DNA of 64,000 nucleotides, from assembly GCF_006345805.1 (NCBI RefSeq), contig NC_042997.1, forward strand, positions 83,514,001-83,578,000, read 5' to 3'. This document shows positions 12,185-23,176 of this stretch, in pieces. The notes beneath the pieces were generated by a model. It did no database searches. It had not been told where the DNA came from and saw only the letters and a list, made by a program, of their open reading frames with translations. Within the stretch, counting starts at the first letter, position 1, and every line of letters begins with the position of its first letter. Source of the stretch: Octopus sinensis. Lineage: Eukaryota. Made by a program: the position numbers and the translations under genes.

Positions 12185-12567
12185 TATATATATATATATA
12201 TATATATATGCATATATATATATATATATATATGCATATATATATGCATATAAATATATATTATGTGTGTGTATTTGTTTGTGTTTGTTACTGCCACCAT
12301 TACTTAGAAACTATTGTTGGTTACATCCCTGTAACTTAACGGGTTGGCAGAAAATATGGATAGATTAAGCATCAGGCTTACAGAGAATAAGTCCAGGTGT
12401 CGATTTCTTCAACTAAAAGGAGGTGCTCAAGCATAGTCGCGCTCAAATGACTGAAACAATTAAAAAAAAAAAAAAAAAAAACTATGCCATTTTAATCCCG
12501 AACAGGACTGCCTATCTCTGCTAGTGTAAAATGAAAATGAAAATAAGAACAAATAATATTCACTTAC

Positions 12568-12666
12568 AACATGGAAGATGAAGGCAGTTGAAAGTGTGTA
12601 CAGAAAAATATCTGCCCAGTGTATATGAGGGACTGCTTTTTTTTCAACCCCTTTGAAATAGAGTAC
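12568..12666 (-). CDS. TMEM135: TMEM135 internal exon, 99 nt: VLYFKGVEKKAVPHIHWADIFLYTLSTAFIFHV
   Basis: Absent from the ORF track (too short), translated by hand. Acceptor ttttttaacAG, donor GTaagt. Matches [31 protein letters not shown]. Confidence 0.93.
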
Positions 12667-13814
12667 CTGTTAAAAAAGGAAAAACAGGAAAAGATATAAG
12701 CTCAACAGCATATCATATCCTATTCATACAATATCTTTCTGTTTTGTCAACAGTTTTGTGAAGAAATATAATTTATTCATTTACATCTAAATGGAAACCC
12801 GCATGGCACATACTGTATAGTGCTATGAGTGTGTTTGTATGTACAAATTTGTGATGTTATTTACACGAACACGAAGACACACCATTGAACGAATTAAAGG
12901 TAAGGGAAATAACTCATGCTGAAAAAATCATGGAATTGACAATACAAATATTGGTCTCAAATTTTGGCACAAGGCCAGCAATTTTGAAGGTTAGGCTAAG
13001 TCGATTACATCAATCCCAGGGTTCAACTGGTGCTTATTTTATCAAGTCCGAAAGAATGAAAAGCAAAGATCACCTTAGTGGTATTTGAGTTTAAAACGTA
13101 AAGACGGACAAAATGTTACTAAGCACTTTGCGATACAGATATTAAGTAACTTATATCATAGACACTTAACTGGTAAATGGTTTTCAATCGTCTTACATGC
13201 TCATTCTGAACTATCGTTCTTACAGGCTCTTTCTGACTCACTGGGATCTACATTCATTTTTTTTTTTACTTGATTTACATAATATTGGTTTCAAATTTTG
13301 GCACAAGACCAGCAGTTTCATGGGAGGGGTAAATCAATTACATCGACTCCAGTGGTCAACTAATACTTAGTTTACTGACACTGGACGGATGAAAGTCAAA
13401 GTCAACTTGGCGGAATTTGAACTCAGAATTCAAAGAGCTGGACAAAATACCACTAAGCGTTTTGCCCAGTGTGCTAATGATTTTGCCAGCTCACTGTCCT
13501 ACCTAGTTTCCATAATGTTAACTAAAGTAGAGACAAGACTTCTCCTGGACAGTATGCTAGTGTATTAAAGAGAAACAGTTTGATGAAGTCAGCAGAGCAA
13601 GTAATAAATCACTATTCATGAATTCCACAGTATTGACATTGGTTATAGAAGTGAATTTCAACACTGTTGTTAAAATTGTATAGAGATATGTTACTTGTAA
13701 GAAGTTTATTTTGCAATTATGAAGGCCTAGGTTCAGTTCTAATAATGTGGCATCTTGGAAAAATATCTTTTAGCAAAGTCTATCTATCTATCTATTTTGT
13801 CTTTGGTCAGTAAG

Positions 13815-14185
13815 TGTTATTTCCTATTTCCTTCTCTCTAGAAATCAAGGGAAATGTCTACTATTCCCTTTAAACTTTGCTTTTGTGATCTGGACATCAA
13901 TGTTTTGAAACTGACCTATTTTCCATTACATTTCAGACAGATTCAATGCTGAGTTGCTAAGCAAAATTTTCTAGAACTTTCTAGAAGTTTCAAGAACTTT
14001 CTAAAAGTTTCAAGAATTTCTAGAGCGTTCTGGAAAACATAGCAGTATAAACACAGAGATTGTAAGCTCAACAGTTCAGCTTACTTCTAGCTGTCCAAGT
14101 GGAGACAAGTCTGAGGAAAGCAAAGCTTGGCAGAAATATTAGCCATTTTTCAAACATTCTAGAAGTAAGCAAATAAGAAATAACA
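13815..14185 (+). mobile_element. TG..CA-bounded 371-bp element (solo-LTR-like) with imperfect inverted termini
   Basis: Starts TGTTATTTCCTATTT and ends AAATAAGAAATAACA (about 29-bp imperfect inverted ends). Contains an HSE array and TATAAA. No TSD recognised. Confidence 0.45.
13968..14051 (+). promoter_or_regulatory. Heat-shock-element (nTTCnnGAAn) array followed by TATAAA
   Basis: TTC at 13969, 13979, 13989, 13999, 14009 (10-bp period), then 14018 and 14028, most followed by nnGAA. TATAAA at 14046-14051. Confidence 0.5.
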
Positions 14186-14281
14186 GTTGCTACCCAAGGA
14201 CAAAAATTGTGTTACACAGTGTAATTAGTATGATCAGCATTTCTGCTGTAATTATGATATATAGTAAATAATAAATATTAC

Positions 14282-14422
14282 CTGAAGTAGCTTCATAGCT
14301 GAATAAAGTGCCAAAGTAGAACTTTTGTAACACAGCATGGACCAACCAGCTAAAAACCCTGCCACAAACCCATTTACACTGCTATCTTTTTGTCGAAGCC
14401 ACCGCAAGGCACAGTTTGAACC
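14282..14422 (-). CDS. TMEM135: TMEM135 internal exon, 141 nt: GSNCALRWLRQKDSSVNGFVAGFLAGWSMLCYKSSTLALYSAMKLLQ
   Basis: Acceptor tttttcAG, donor GTaata. Matches [47 protein letters not shown]. Confidence 0.95.
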
Positions 14423-14731
14423 CTGAAAAAGTAAAAAGGAAAAATAAAAAATAAACATAGAATAAATAAAAATCATTGTCTTTTCATAGATTGTTTACAG
14501 AATGATTTCTTGAAATATCTCTCAAAAACAAGACTGTAGCCTTTAGCCTTTAATCAGTATTTGATTAACCTTTGAACATAATCTACACAAAACAATATTG
14601 AGAACCCAAAATTATGCTAAGTAAAGAAAGAAAGAAATAGTAATATTTGCCCAAATTTGTCATAGCAATCTGATCAAATAATTCTTTTTATTATAATTAT
14701 TATTTTTATTACTATTATTACAGTTATTGTT

Positions 14732-15912
14732 AAGGCAGCAAACTGGCAGAATCGTTAGCATACCTGGCAAAATGCTTAGCAGCATTTTGTCCATCTTTAT
14801 GTTCTGAGTTCAAATTCTGCCGAGGTTAACTTTATCTTTCATCCTTTTGGGGTCCAAAACTTAAGTACCAGTGAAACACTGGGAACAATGTAATTGACTA
14901 GTCCCCTCTCACAAAATTTCAGGCCTTATGCCTTTAGTAGAAAGGGTTATTATTATTATTGTTAAGGTGGTGACCTAGCAGAATTGCTAGCATGCTGGAT
15001 GAATTGCTTAGTGATATTTCACCTGTGGCTATGTTCTGAGTTCAAATTCTGCCACGGTCAACTTTGCCTTTCATCCTTTCAGGGTTGATAAATTAAGTAC
15101 CAGTTAAACACTGGGGTTGATGTAATTGACTAATACTCTCTCCCAAAATTTCAGGCCTCATGCTATTAATAGAAAGGATTATTATTATTGTTATTGTTAA
15201 GGCAGCGAGCTAGCAGAATTGCCGGACAAAATGCTTAGTGGCGTTTCATCTGTCTTCATGTTCTGAGTTCAAATTCCACCAAGGTCAACTTTGCCTTTCA
15301 TCCTTTCAGGGTTAATAAATTAAGTACCAGTTTAAACACTGGGGTCAATGTTATTAACTAGTCTCCTCCTCCAAATTTCAGGCCATGTGCCTGTAGTAGA
15401 AAGGATTATTATTGTTGTTGTTAAGGCAGTGAACTGACAGAGTTGTTAGAATGCCAGTTGAGCACTAGAATCAATGTAATTGACTAAATCCCTTCCCTGC
15501 AAATTTCAGGCCTAGTGGCTGTAGATGAAAAAAATTGTTATTATTATTATTATTATCAAAGTGGTGAGCTGGCAGAATTGTTAGTATTCTGGGTAAAATG
15601 CTTAGTGAGATTTCGTCTGTCTTTACATTCTGAGTTCAAATTCTGCTGAGGTCATCTTTGCCTTTCATCCTTTCGGGGTTGATAAAATAAGTATCATTTG
15701 GATAGCAGAGTCAATGTAATTGACTTACCCTCTCACTGGAATTGTTGGTCTTGTGCCAAAATTTGAAATGATCATTATTATTACAGTTATCATTAAGAAG
15801 GCGGTGAGCTAGCAGAATCATTAGCATGCCAGGCAAAATGCTTAGCAGTCCATCTTTACATTCTGAGTTCAAATTCCGTTGAGGATGACAGTGTCTTTCA
15901 TCCTTTCAGGGA
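14732..15912 (+). repeat. Head-to-tail array of 6 tRNA-derived SINE copies
   Basis: Heads (aaggcggcgagctggcagaa-like) at 14732, 14964, 15199, 15423, 15559 and 15798, B-box-like gagttcaaattc, (ATT)n tails as spacers. Copy 4 is internally deleted and copy 6 truncated. Confidence 0.9.
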
Positions 15913-16410
15913 TGATGATTTGATGATACTTTGCTGCCTTCAGTGGTGATGACTTTGTTGAAAGCATTTGTATCACACCTCTAGTCACAGAATAAATTTC
16001 TCTCTGCATTTGTCCTGTTTAAAAAGCTCTGAAAATGTTATAAATATTGCCCTACCTCTTCCAACTACCCCACTAAAAAGGATCCCACCAAAAAACCAAA
16101 ATAAAACCCCAGAACTACGTAGCTTTAACCTATGTCAGACAAGCTAACATTGATCCCTTGGACAATGATGGTCAACTAGAACTCACAATGAAATCTTCCT
16201 TCAGACATGAAACCCTATTGTCTGAAAATTAGAATGTCATATTGAAAAAGTTTTAGTCAAATAAATCAATTCCAGTATTTATTTTTTGTTTTTTTTTAGC
16301 CTGGTAATTATTCTATAGAGTCTCTTTTGCTGAACCACTAAATTATGGGGATGTAAACACACCAACACCAGTTGTCAAGTGGTGGTGGGGAACAGAGATA
16401 CACATACACA

Positions 16411-17320
16411 TTGGGTCATCCAATAAGTAATGCGGTTTTTTCAATTGCATGAACTATAAGTCGGAGGGGGATGGGATAAACTACCTGCATCAACTTGCTA
16501 TAAAAGCAGGGAGTAATTTTACCTTGTAGTTATTCTTAGTGCAAGTTTTGAAGAGTGCAGTTCGATTTTAACAGTTATTTTTTTCAAAGTTATAATGGAA
16601 GTGAGAAAGGAGCATATTCAGTATATTTTGCTTTATGAGTTCAATAAAGGCAACAAAGTGTGAAGAATTTTAATGCAGTACATAGGGATCACATAATAAG
16701 TGTAAATCAGTGTCAACAGCGGTTTCAGAAATTCTGAGCCAGAAATACAGCCTAGAAAATGAGCCTCGTCTTGGAGGATCTGTAGAGCTTGACGAGGATG
16801 TCCTGTGAACCCGGGTTGAACAAAATCCCATCATAACTGCTGAAAAACTAGCAGAGAAGCTTGAATTTGGTCCTCCAACCATTCATCAACACCTGTGCTA
16901 GAATAAAAACAATCATCTTTGGATTCAAGATGAAAGGTGTTCTTTTATCGAGATAATGCTTGGTCATATACATCAAGGATGACATTCAAAAGGCTGGAGC
17001 AGTTTGAATGGAAAATGATGCTCCACCCACCATATTTGCCAGACATTGCCCCATCTGATTATCATTTATTCTGCAGTCTTCAAAATCATTTGGATGGAAA
17101 AAATATGAATTCTGTAGACGAGATCAGATTAGTAGTGGAGGAGTATTTTTTGTCACGGACAAGTGAAATTTGGTAGAGGGGCCTTGCAAGTCTACAAGAC
17201 AGATGGAAGAGCACTGAAGAAAATGAAGGAGAATATATTTTAGATTAAAAATGAACTTCATCTTAATTTTGAAAAATAAAAGAAGTATAGAAAAACTGTA
17301 TTATTTATGGGATGATCCAA
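16411..17320 (+). mobile_element. Internally deleted mariner (DD34D-type) transposon
   Basis: Imperfect TIRs of about 30 bp (ttgggtcatccaataagtaatgc / gtattatttatgggatgatccaa), TA on the right flank. Transposase remnants ENEPRLGGSVELDED..EQNPIITAEKLAEKL and RDNA..HPPYLPDIAPSDYHLF. Confidence 0.9.
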
Positions 17321-18312
17321 TATATATATGCAATAGGCTTCTTAAGTAGAAGTCACTTGTCCAAGGTGCTATGCAGTGGGACTGAACTTGGAACTATGTG
17401 ATTGGCAAGCAAACTTCTTACCACACAAGCATGCCTATGCCCACATGCACACGCACACGCACACAATGGGCTTCTTTTTAGTTTCCATCTGGTTATATCT
17501 AATTTTATTAAACTGCATCTGCAAACTCAATTGTACCAAATTTAGGGTTAGAAAAATGTCTAAGTAAAATTTTAAAATAAATATATAAATATTGCCTGAA
17601 GTTGCAAAGTATTTAATTTACAATATGATCATTGTACTCATTAAGTGTCTAATCTGAATTTGTACTTAATTTGTCATAATTATAAAAAGCAGTGTGAAGG
17701 TTAGTAGCAAAAAAAAGAAAAGAAAAAAAACTGATGAATAATATTGGCTTCAAATTTTGGCACAAGGTCAACAATTTTGGGAAGGGGTTGAGTTGATTAC
17801 ATTGACCCAAGTGTTCAACTGATACTTATTTTATCAACCCCAAAAATGATGAAAGGCAAAGTTGACCTTGGAATTTGAACTGAGAATGTAAAGATGAATG
17901 AAATGCCACTAAGAATTTTGCTTAGCATGCTAACAATTCTGCCAGCTCACCATCTTGATGAATACAAGATATTGATTTCAAATTTTGGAAGGCCAGCAAT
18001 ATGAGGGGAGAGAATAAGTTTACGTCAACCCCAGTTTTCAACTGGTACTTATTTTATTAATCCTGAAAGGACGAAAAGCAAAGTCGACCTCAGAAGAATT
18101 TGAACTCAGAACATAAATGTGGATGAAATGCTGCTAAGCATTTTACCTGGCATGCAAGCAATTCTGCTAGCCCACTACCTTGATGAATATAAAATATTAA
18201 AAGCAAAAAGAAAAAGTACAAAAACACAATTTTAAAATATTAGATAAAATTATTTTTAAATTTATCAAAAAATATTTCAATACAAACAGATGCAAAAACA
18301 AAATGGACTTAC

Positions 18313-18480
18313 TCGAAAAACAGTAGAAAATAATCCTAGAAAAGCACCAAGTTTGAGATTATTTTGATGCCAGATAAGCTGTAAAAATAGAGTTGGTTTT
18401 CGCAATATTCGAATCACATTTGGAACTAATTTGACTGCTATTTGTAATCCAAAGCCGACTCCAGCCATTTTGGAGAATCC
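18313..18480 (-). CDS. TMEM135: TMEM135 internal exon, 168 nt: GFSKMAGVGFGLQIAVKLVP...NNLKLGAFLGLFSTVFR
   Basis: Acceptor ttatctttAG, donor GTaagt, 56 codons open. Matches GFIRMFSVGY...ENFQLGAFLGSFVSIYK. Confidence 0.93.
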
Positions 18481-18736
18481 CTAAAGATAAAAAAATCCAA
18501 CAATAAAGCAAAAATAAAAAATATTGAAAAAGAGGTTGATTTCTTTTTGTCATTTTGTCAAAATTGTTTTTATTCAGTTGTTGAACCTTGGAAAACTCCA
18601 AATTGATACTTATCTTAATAACCTCATGAGATACAAAGCTGGTCATAACTAACACAAAACAAAATAACACAAGGTATTTTTGTTCAATACAATCTTTTCC
18701 TATACGTATACATGTTTGTCTGTCTATTTCTCTCTC

Positions 18737-18772
<36 letters not shown>

Positions 18773-18898
18773 AGAATAATCGCTGCCGCTGGTCAGCTCC
18801 ATGAGGCCACCGCCTTAAGATAGCTATTGATACACGATCTGTATCCATTATAACCTTCGAACAAGGAAGGTCAGCCGCTTCACTCTGCCAGTCCGACA

Positions 18899-18940
18899 GC
18901 TACAGACGCGTTTCGGGGTATTGCCCCTTGTCAATGTAGC
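18899..18940 (-). ncRNA. Minimal type I hammerhead ribozyme motif, U3:A8 core variant (copy 1)
   Basis: GCUACA-UUGACAA-GGGG/CAAUA/CCCC-GAAA-CGCG-UC-UGUAGC: 6-bp stem I, 4-bp stem II, palindromic ACGCGU stem III, predicted cleavage after GUC. Confidence 0.8.
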
Positions 18941-19260
18941 GCAGTCAGACCGCAGGTGTCGCCACTGACGTCTCTGTTCGAAGGTTTATATTTACCTAGT
19001 TTCAGTGGAATACATCCACTTGTTTTCAATAATAGAAATATTAAAATTACTAAGTCTCTATAAAAGAGATTATGGCAGCGTTTACTGGAAATTAATTGTT
19101 ATCGCCATATTAATATGGCATTCTTATAGATATAAGAATAATCGCTGCCGCTGGTCAGCTCCATGAGGCCACCGCCTTAAGATAGCTATTGATACACGAT
19201 CTGTATCCATTATAACCTTCGAACAAAGGAGGTCAGCCGCTTCACACTGCCAGTCCGACA

Positions 19261-19302
19261 GCTACAGACGCGTTTCGGGGTATTGCCCCTTGTCAATGTA
19301 GC
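19261..19302 (-). ncRNA. Minimal type I hammerhead ribozyme motif, U3:A8 core variant (copy 2)
   Basis: Identical 42-nt motif, 362 bp from copy 1. Confidence 0.8.
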
Positions 19303-19567
19303 GCAGTCAGACCGCAGGTGTCGCCACTGACGTCTCTGTTCGAAGGTTTATATTTACCTAGTTTCAGTGGAATACATCCACTTGTTTTCAATAATAGAAA
19401 TATTAAAATTACTAAGTCTCTATAAAAGAGATTACGGCAGCGTTTACTGGAGACTTAGTAATTTTAATATTTCTATTATTGAAAACAAGTGGATGTATTC
19501 CACTGAAACTAGGTAAATATAAACCTTCAAACAGAGACGTCAGTGGCGACACCTGCGGTCTGACTGC

Positions 19568-19609
19568 GCTACATTGACAAGGGGCAATACCCCGAAACGC
19601 GTCTGTAGC
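19568..19609 (+). ncRNA. Minimal type I hammerhead ribozyme motif, U3:A8 core variant (copy 3, inverted)
   Basis: gctaca ttgacaa gggg caata cccc gaaa cgcg tc tgtagc read directly on the plus strand. Confidence 0.8.
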
Positions 19610-19917
19610 TGTCGGACTGGCAGTGTGAAGCGGCTGACCTCCCTTGTTCGAAGGTTATAATGGATATAGATCGTGTATCAATAGCTATCTTAAGGTGGTG
19701 GCCTCATGGAGCTGACCAGCGGCAGCGATTATTCTTATATCTATAAGAATGCCATATTAATATGGCGATAACAATTAATTTATATATATATAAAAATACA
19801 AAAATGGGACAGGAACGCAAAACATCCGGGCAGTTAGGTGATACAAAAAAAGGGACAACAAAACATCCAGACAGACGATACAAAGAAAACAAGGACGGGT
19901 CATTTTGAGTTTTCTTT

Positions 19918-19966
<49 letters not shown>

Positions 19967-20132
19967 CACACATATATAAACATACTTGTACATAAGTGCA
20001 CGTATGGCTGTGTGGTTGAGAAGTTAGCTTCCAAACAATGTGGATTTTGGGATCAGTCAGTACCTTGGCCAAGGGTCTTCTACTATAGCACCAAGATGAC
20101 CAAGTAATGATAGATGGAAACCTGAAAGAAGA

Positions 20133-20169
<37 letters not shown>

Positions 20170-21693
20170 GACACAAGATAGATACATATATAGATAAATT
20201 GATACACAGTTATTTAAATAGAAGTGTAAGGAGTAGCATTGATTGAAATGTAGGTGTTCACAACAATTATAATGGCACAACCTAGTAAGAACAGCTATTC
20301 TTGAATTTGAACAATTGCTGAAATCTGTAAAGCTTTATCAAGCTGGAATTAATTGATTAGAAACACAAGCAGCAGAGTTAATTGAAATATAGGTGGGTAC
20401 TGCCACTTATCACCTCCATTGTCCTGAGCTATTTATTTTACCTTCTTCCCCAAACTGATGTTTACCATTGACCACATTTCCACCCTTGATCATCACTCAC
20501 AGAAGGTGCATGGTTCAGTGGTTAGAACATCAGACTCACAATCATAAAGTAGTCAGTTTGATTCCTGGACAAGACTGTGTGTTGTGTCCTTGAGCAAGAC
20601 ACAATATGTTGCTCCAGTTCACTCATCTGCAGAAATGAGTTGCAACATCACTGGTGCCAAGCTGTATCAGCCTCTGCCTTTCCTTTGCATAACATCAATG
20701 GCATGAAGAGGAGAGGCTGGTATGCATGGGCGACTGCTGGTCATCCACAAACAACCATGAGAGCAGGTCACAAGCAACCTTGCCTGGACATGTGCTTTGG
20801 AGGGGAACTTTCCAGGTGAAATCCCATGGTCATTCATGATTGAAGGGAGTCTTTTTATCATTCATAATATTCACCTTTACCTCCATCTCTAACCATTTGT
20901 CACTCTTCTCTCACACTCTTATGAATTTATCCATCCACTCCTCTAAATCCTTGGTCTATATTCTCTCTCTCTCTTTCTCTCTCCCTCTCCCCACTTCTCT
21001 CTCAGTCTGTCTGTCTCACTCTTTCTGTCATGCATGTACATATGTGTGTATTTTCTATTGATACTATTGAACAGGAGAAGTACTCAATACAACAGTAGAA
21101 TGCATCAGCTTATTTAGGACTTGTTTCTCTAGAGTCTCCCGGATGTATAGCTGGATACATAGACAATCCTCCTTTGTTTCAAGAGGCTAGAGATGAGGAA
21201 ACCTTAGTGTAACAGACCAATGGATAAACCCGAATAAATTGCACATGCACATGTTGTCTAAGAAAATAGACACTTGTATATTTGTTAATAGAGTGGGTAT
21301 ATTGATCAAAGGATATAGTATTAAAATAGACCCATGACACTCAATATTACCAATCGATGTATTACGGAGATGTACTTGCATAGCAAGTGACCTGATCTGA
21401 GATCGGATGCTGGAATGAAAACAATTGCAGCATGGCAGGTGTTTATAAGCCATTTAAAAAACACACATTGGATTCACTTCAACATTTAAATTTTATTTGT
21501 CAAAATATTTTCACCTCTTTGAGACTGCGACCTGTTCACTGACAGAATTCTGTGCTGCACGGAATTTTGTCAGTGAACAGGTCACAGTCTCAAAGCTATG
21601 AAAATATTTTGACAAATTAAATTTAAATGTTGAAGAGAATCTAACGGTTTTTGTGTGTTTCTTAGATGGTTTATAAACACCTTTCACACTGCA

Positions 21694-21743
<50 letters not shown>

Positions 21744-21744
21744 C

Positions 21745-21794
<50 letters not shown>

Positions 21795-21828
21795 ATATAT
21801 AAGTAATAACTATATATGTATATATATA

Positions 21829-21875
<47 letters not shown>

Positions 21876-22439
21876 CATATATATATATACCTATATATAT
21901 ACATATTTATTACTTATATATATATAAACATATATCATCATCATCATCATCATCATCATCGTTTAACGTCCGTTCTCCATGCTAGCATGGGTTGGACGGT
22001 TCGACCGGGGTTCTGGGAAGCCAGAAGGCTGCACCAGGCTCCAGTCTAATCTGGCAATGTTTCTACAGCTGGATGCCCTTCCTAACGCCAACCACTCCGT
22101 GAGTGTAGTGGGTGCTTTTTACGTGCCACCTGCACAGGTGCCAGGCGGGGCTGGCAACGGCCACGGTCAGATTGGTGTATTTTATGTGCCACCGGCACGG
22201 AAGCCAGTCGAGGCGGTGCTGGCATCGGCCACAAGTATATGATTTAAGTTGTAGAATGAAGTTTGACAAATTCACTCATATTTTTCGTAAATGGAGGAGA
22301 TTAGATGTTAATATGGAGTAAACTATTTTTTATTCAGTTTGCTATACGATCGTTTTGCACTGAAAGACAATAAATTCATGAGGAATTCAATAAGAAACTG
22401 AGTTGTCAAAGAGTACTCATCAGTAGCACAATAAGAAAA

Positions 22440-23138
22440 AAATAAGAAAAAACGAAATGAAGAAAAAAGGGGACTTTTGAATTACATGGGTATGCTGTTC
22501 TTAACTAATTTTTGTAATGTGCAATTATTCATGGAGTCATATCTATTGGGTAATGGTTAGGCGATGATATATATAATATAAAAACATAGGTAACTTTCTC
22601 TCTATAGTTTAGTATAAATGAGCTAATTTAAAACTTCCATATGAGAATTAAGAAGCAAGTTGGGCTGAAAATAGAATATCCGAATAAAAAAGTACAGAAT
22701 TTTAAATACTAGAGACTGAAATATATATTTAACCATTAATAATCATTACGGCTTATTTATAAATTAGAAAAAATGTTTATAGTTAGAAATCACTCGAATA
22801 GACTCTTAGAATTATTAAAGAAATGACTACACAAGTTCTTCAGTAGATTTGGCCTCTCTAACACTATAGAAAACAAAAATTACGCAATTAACTACTTAGA
22901 CATAAACTGTAACTTGAACACTGGACTGCATGAACAGTATATGAAACAGAACTCCAACTTAAGGTATATAAATAACTTCAGTAACCATCCCCAACAAATA
23001 AAAGAGCCCTTTTGAGAAATATAAGCAAAAGAATCTCAAATCTCTCCACAAATGAAGAGACTTTTAATAAGAAAATGGATAAATATAATACAGAACTAAA
23101 AAATGCAGGGTATAAGGATAAAATTAAATATTTTCCCC

Positions 23139-23176
<38 letters not shown>

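Larger units (their letters stand above)
18769..19781 (-). mobile_element. Non-autonomous Penelope-pLTR / retrozyme-like cassette: 362-bp tandem units plus an inverted copy
   Basis: Unit starts at 18771 and 19133. 19450-19781 is the reverse complement of about 19089-19420. Only a few substitutions between copies, flanked by (TA)n, no ORF. Confidence 0.75.

Noticed and set aside
14732-15912. Regularly spaced repeats as a CRISPR-like array
   Set aside because: Units are SINEs of about 230 bp with microsatellite tails, not short repeats with unique spacers; the context is eukaryotic with no cas genes.
22395-22430. CUGAUGA-GUAC on the minus strand, with GAAAC on the plus strand, as a hammerhead
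   Set aside because: The two core halves are on opposite strands and no stem II-GAAA follows CUGAUGA. Similar lone CUGANGA hits at about 6390, 6935 and 26415 were also dropped.
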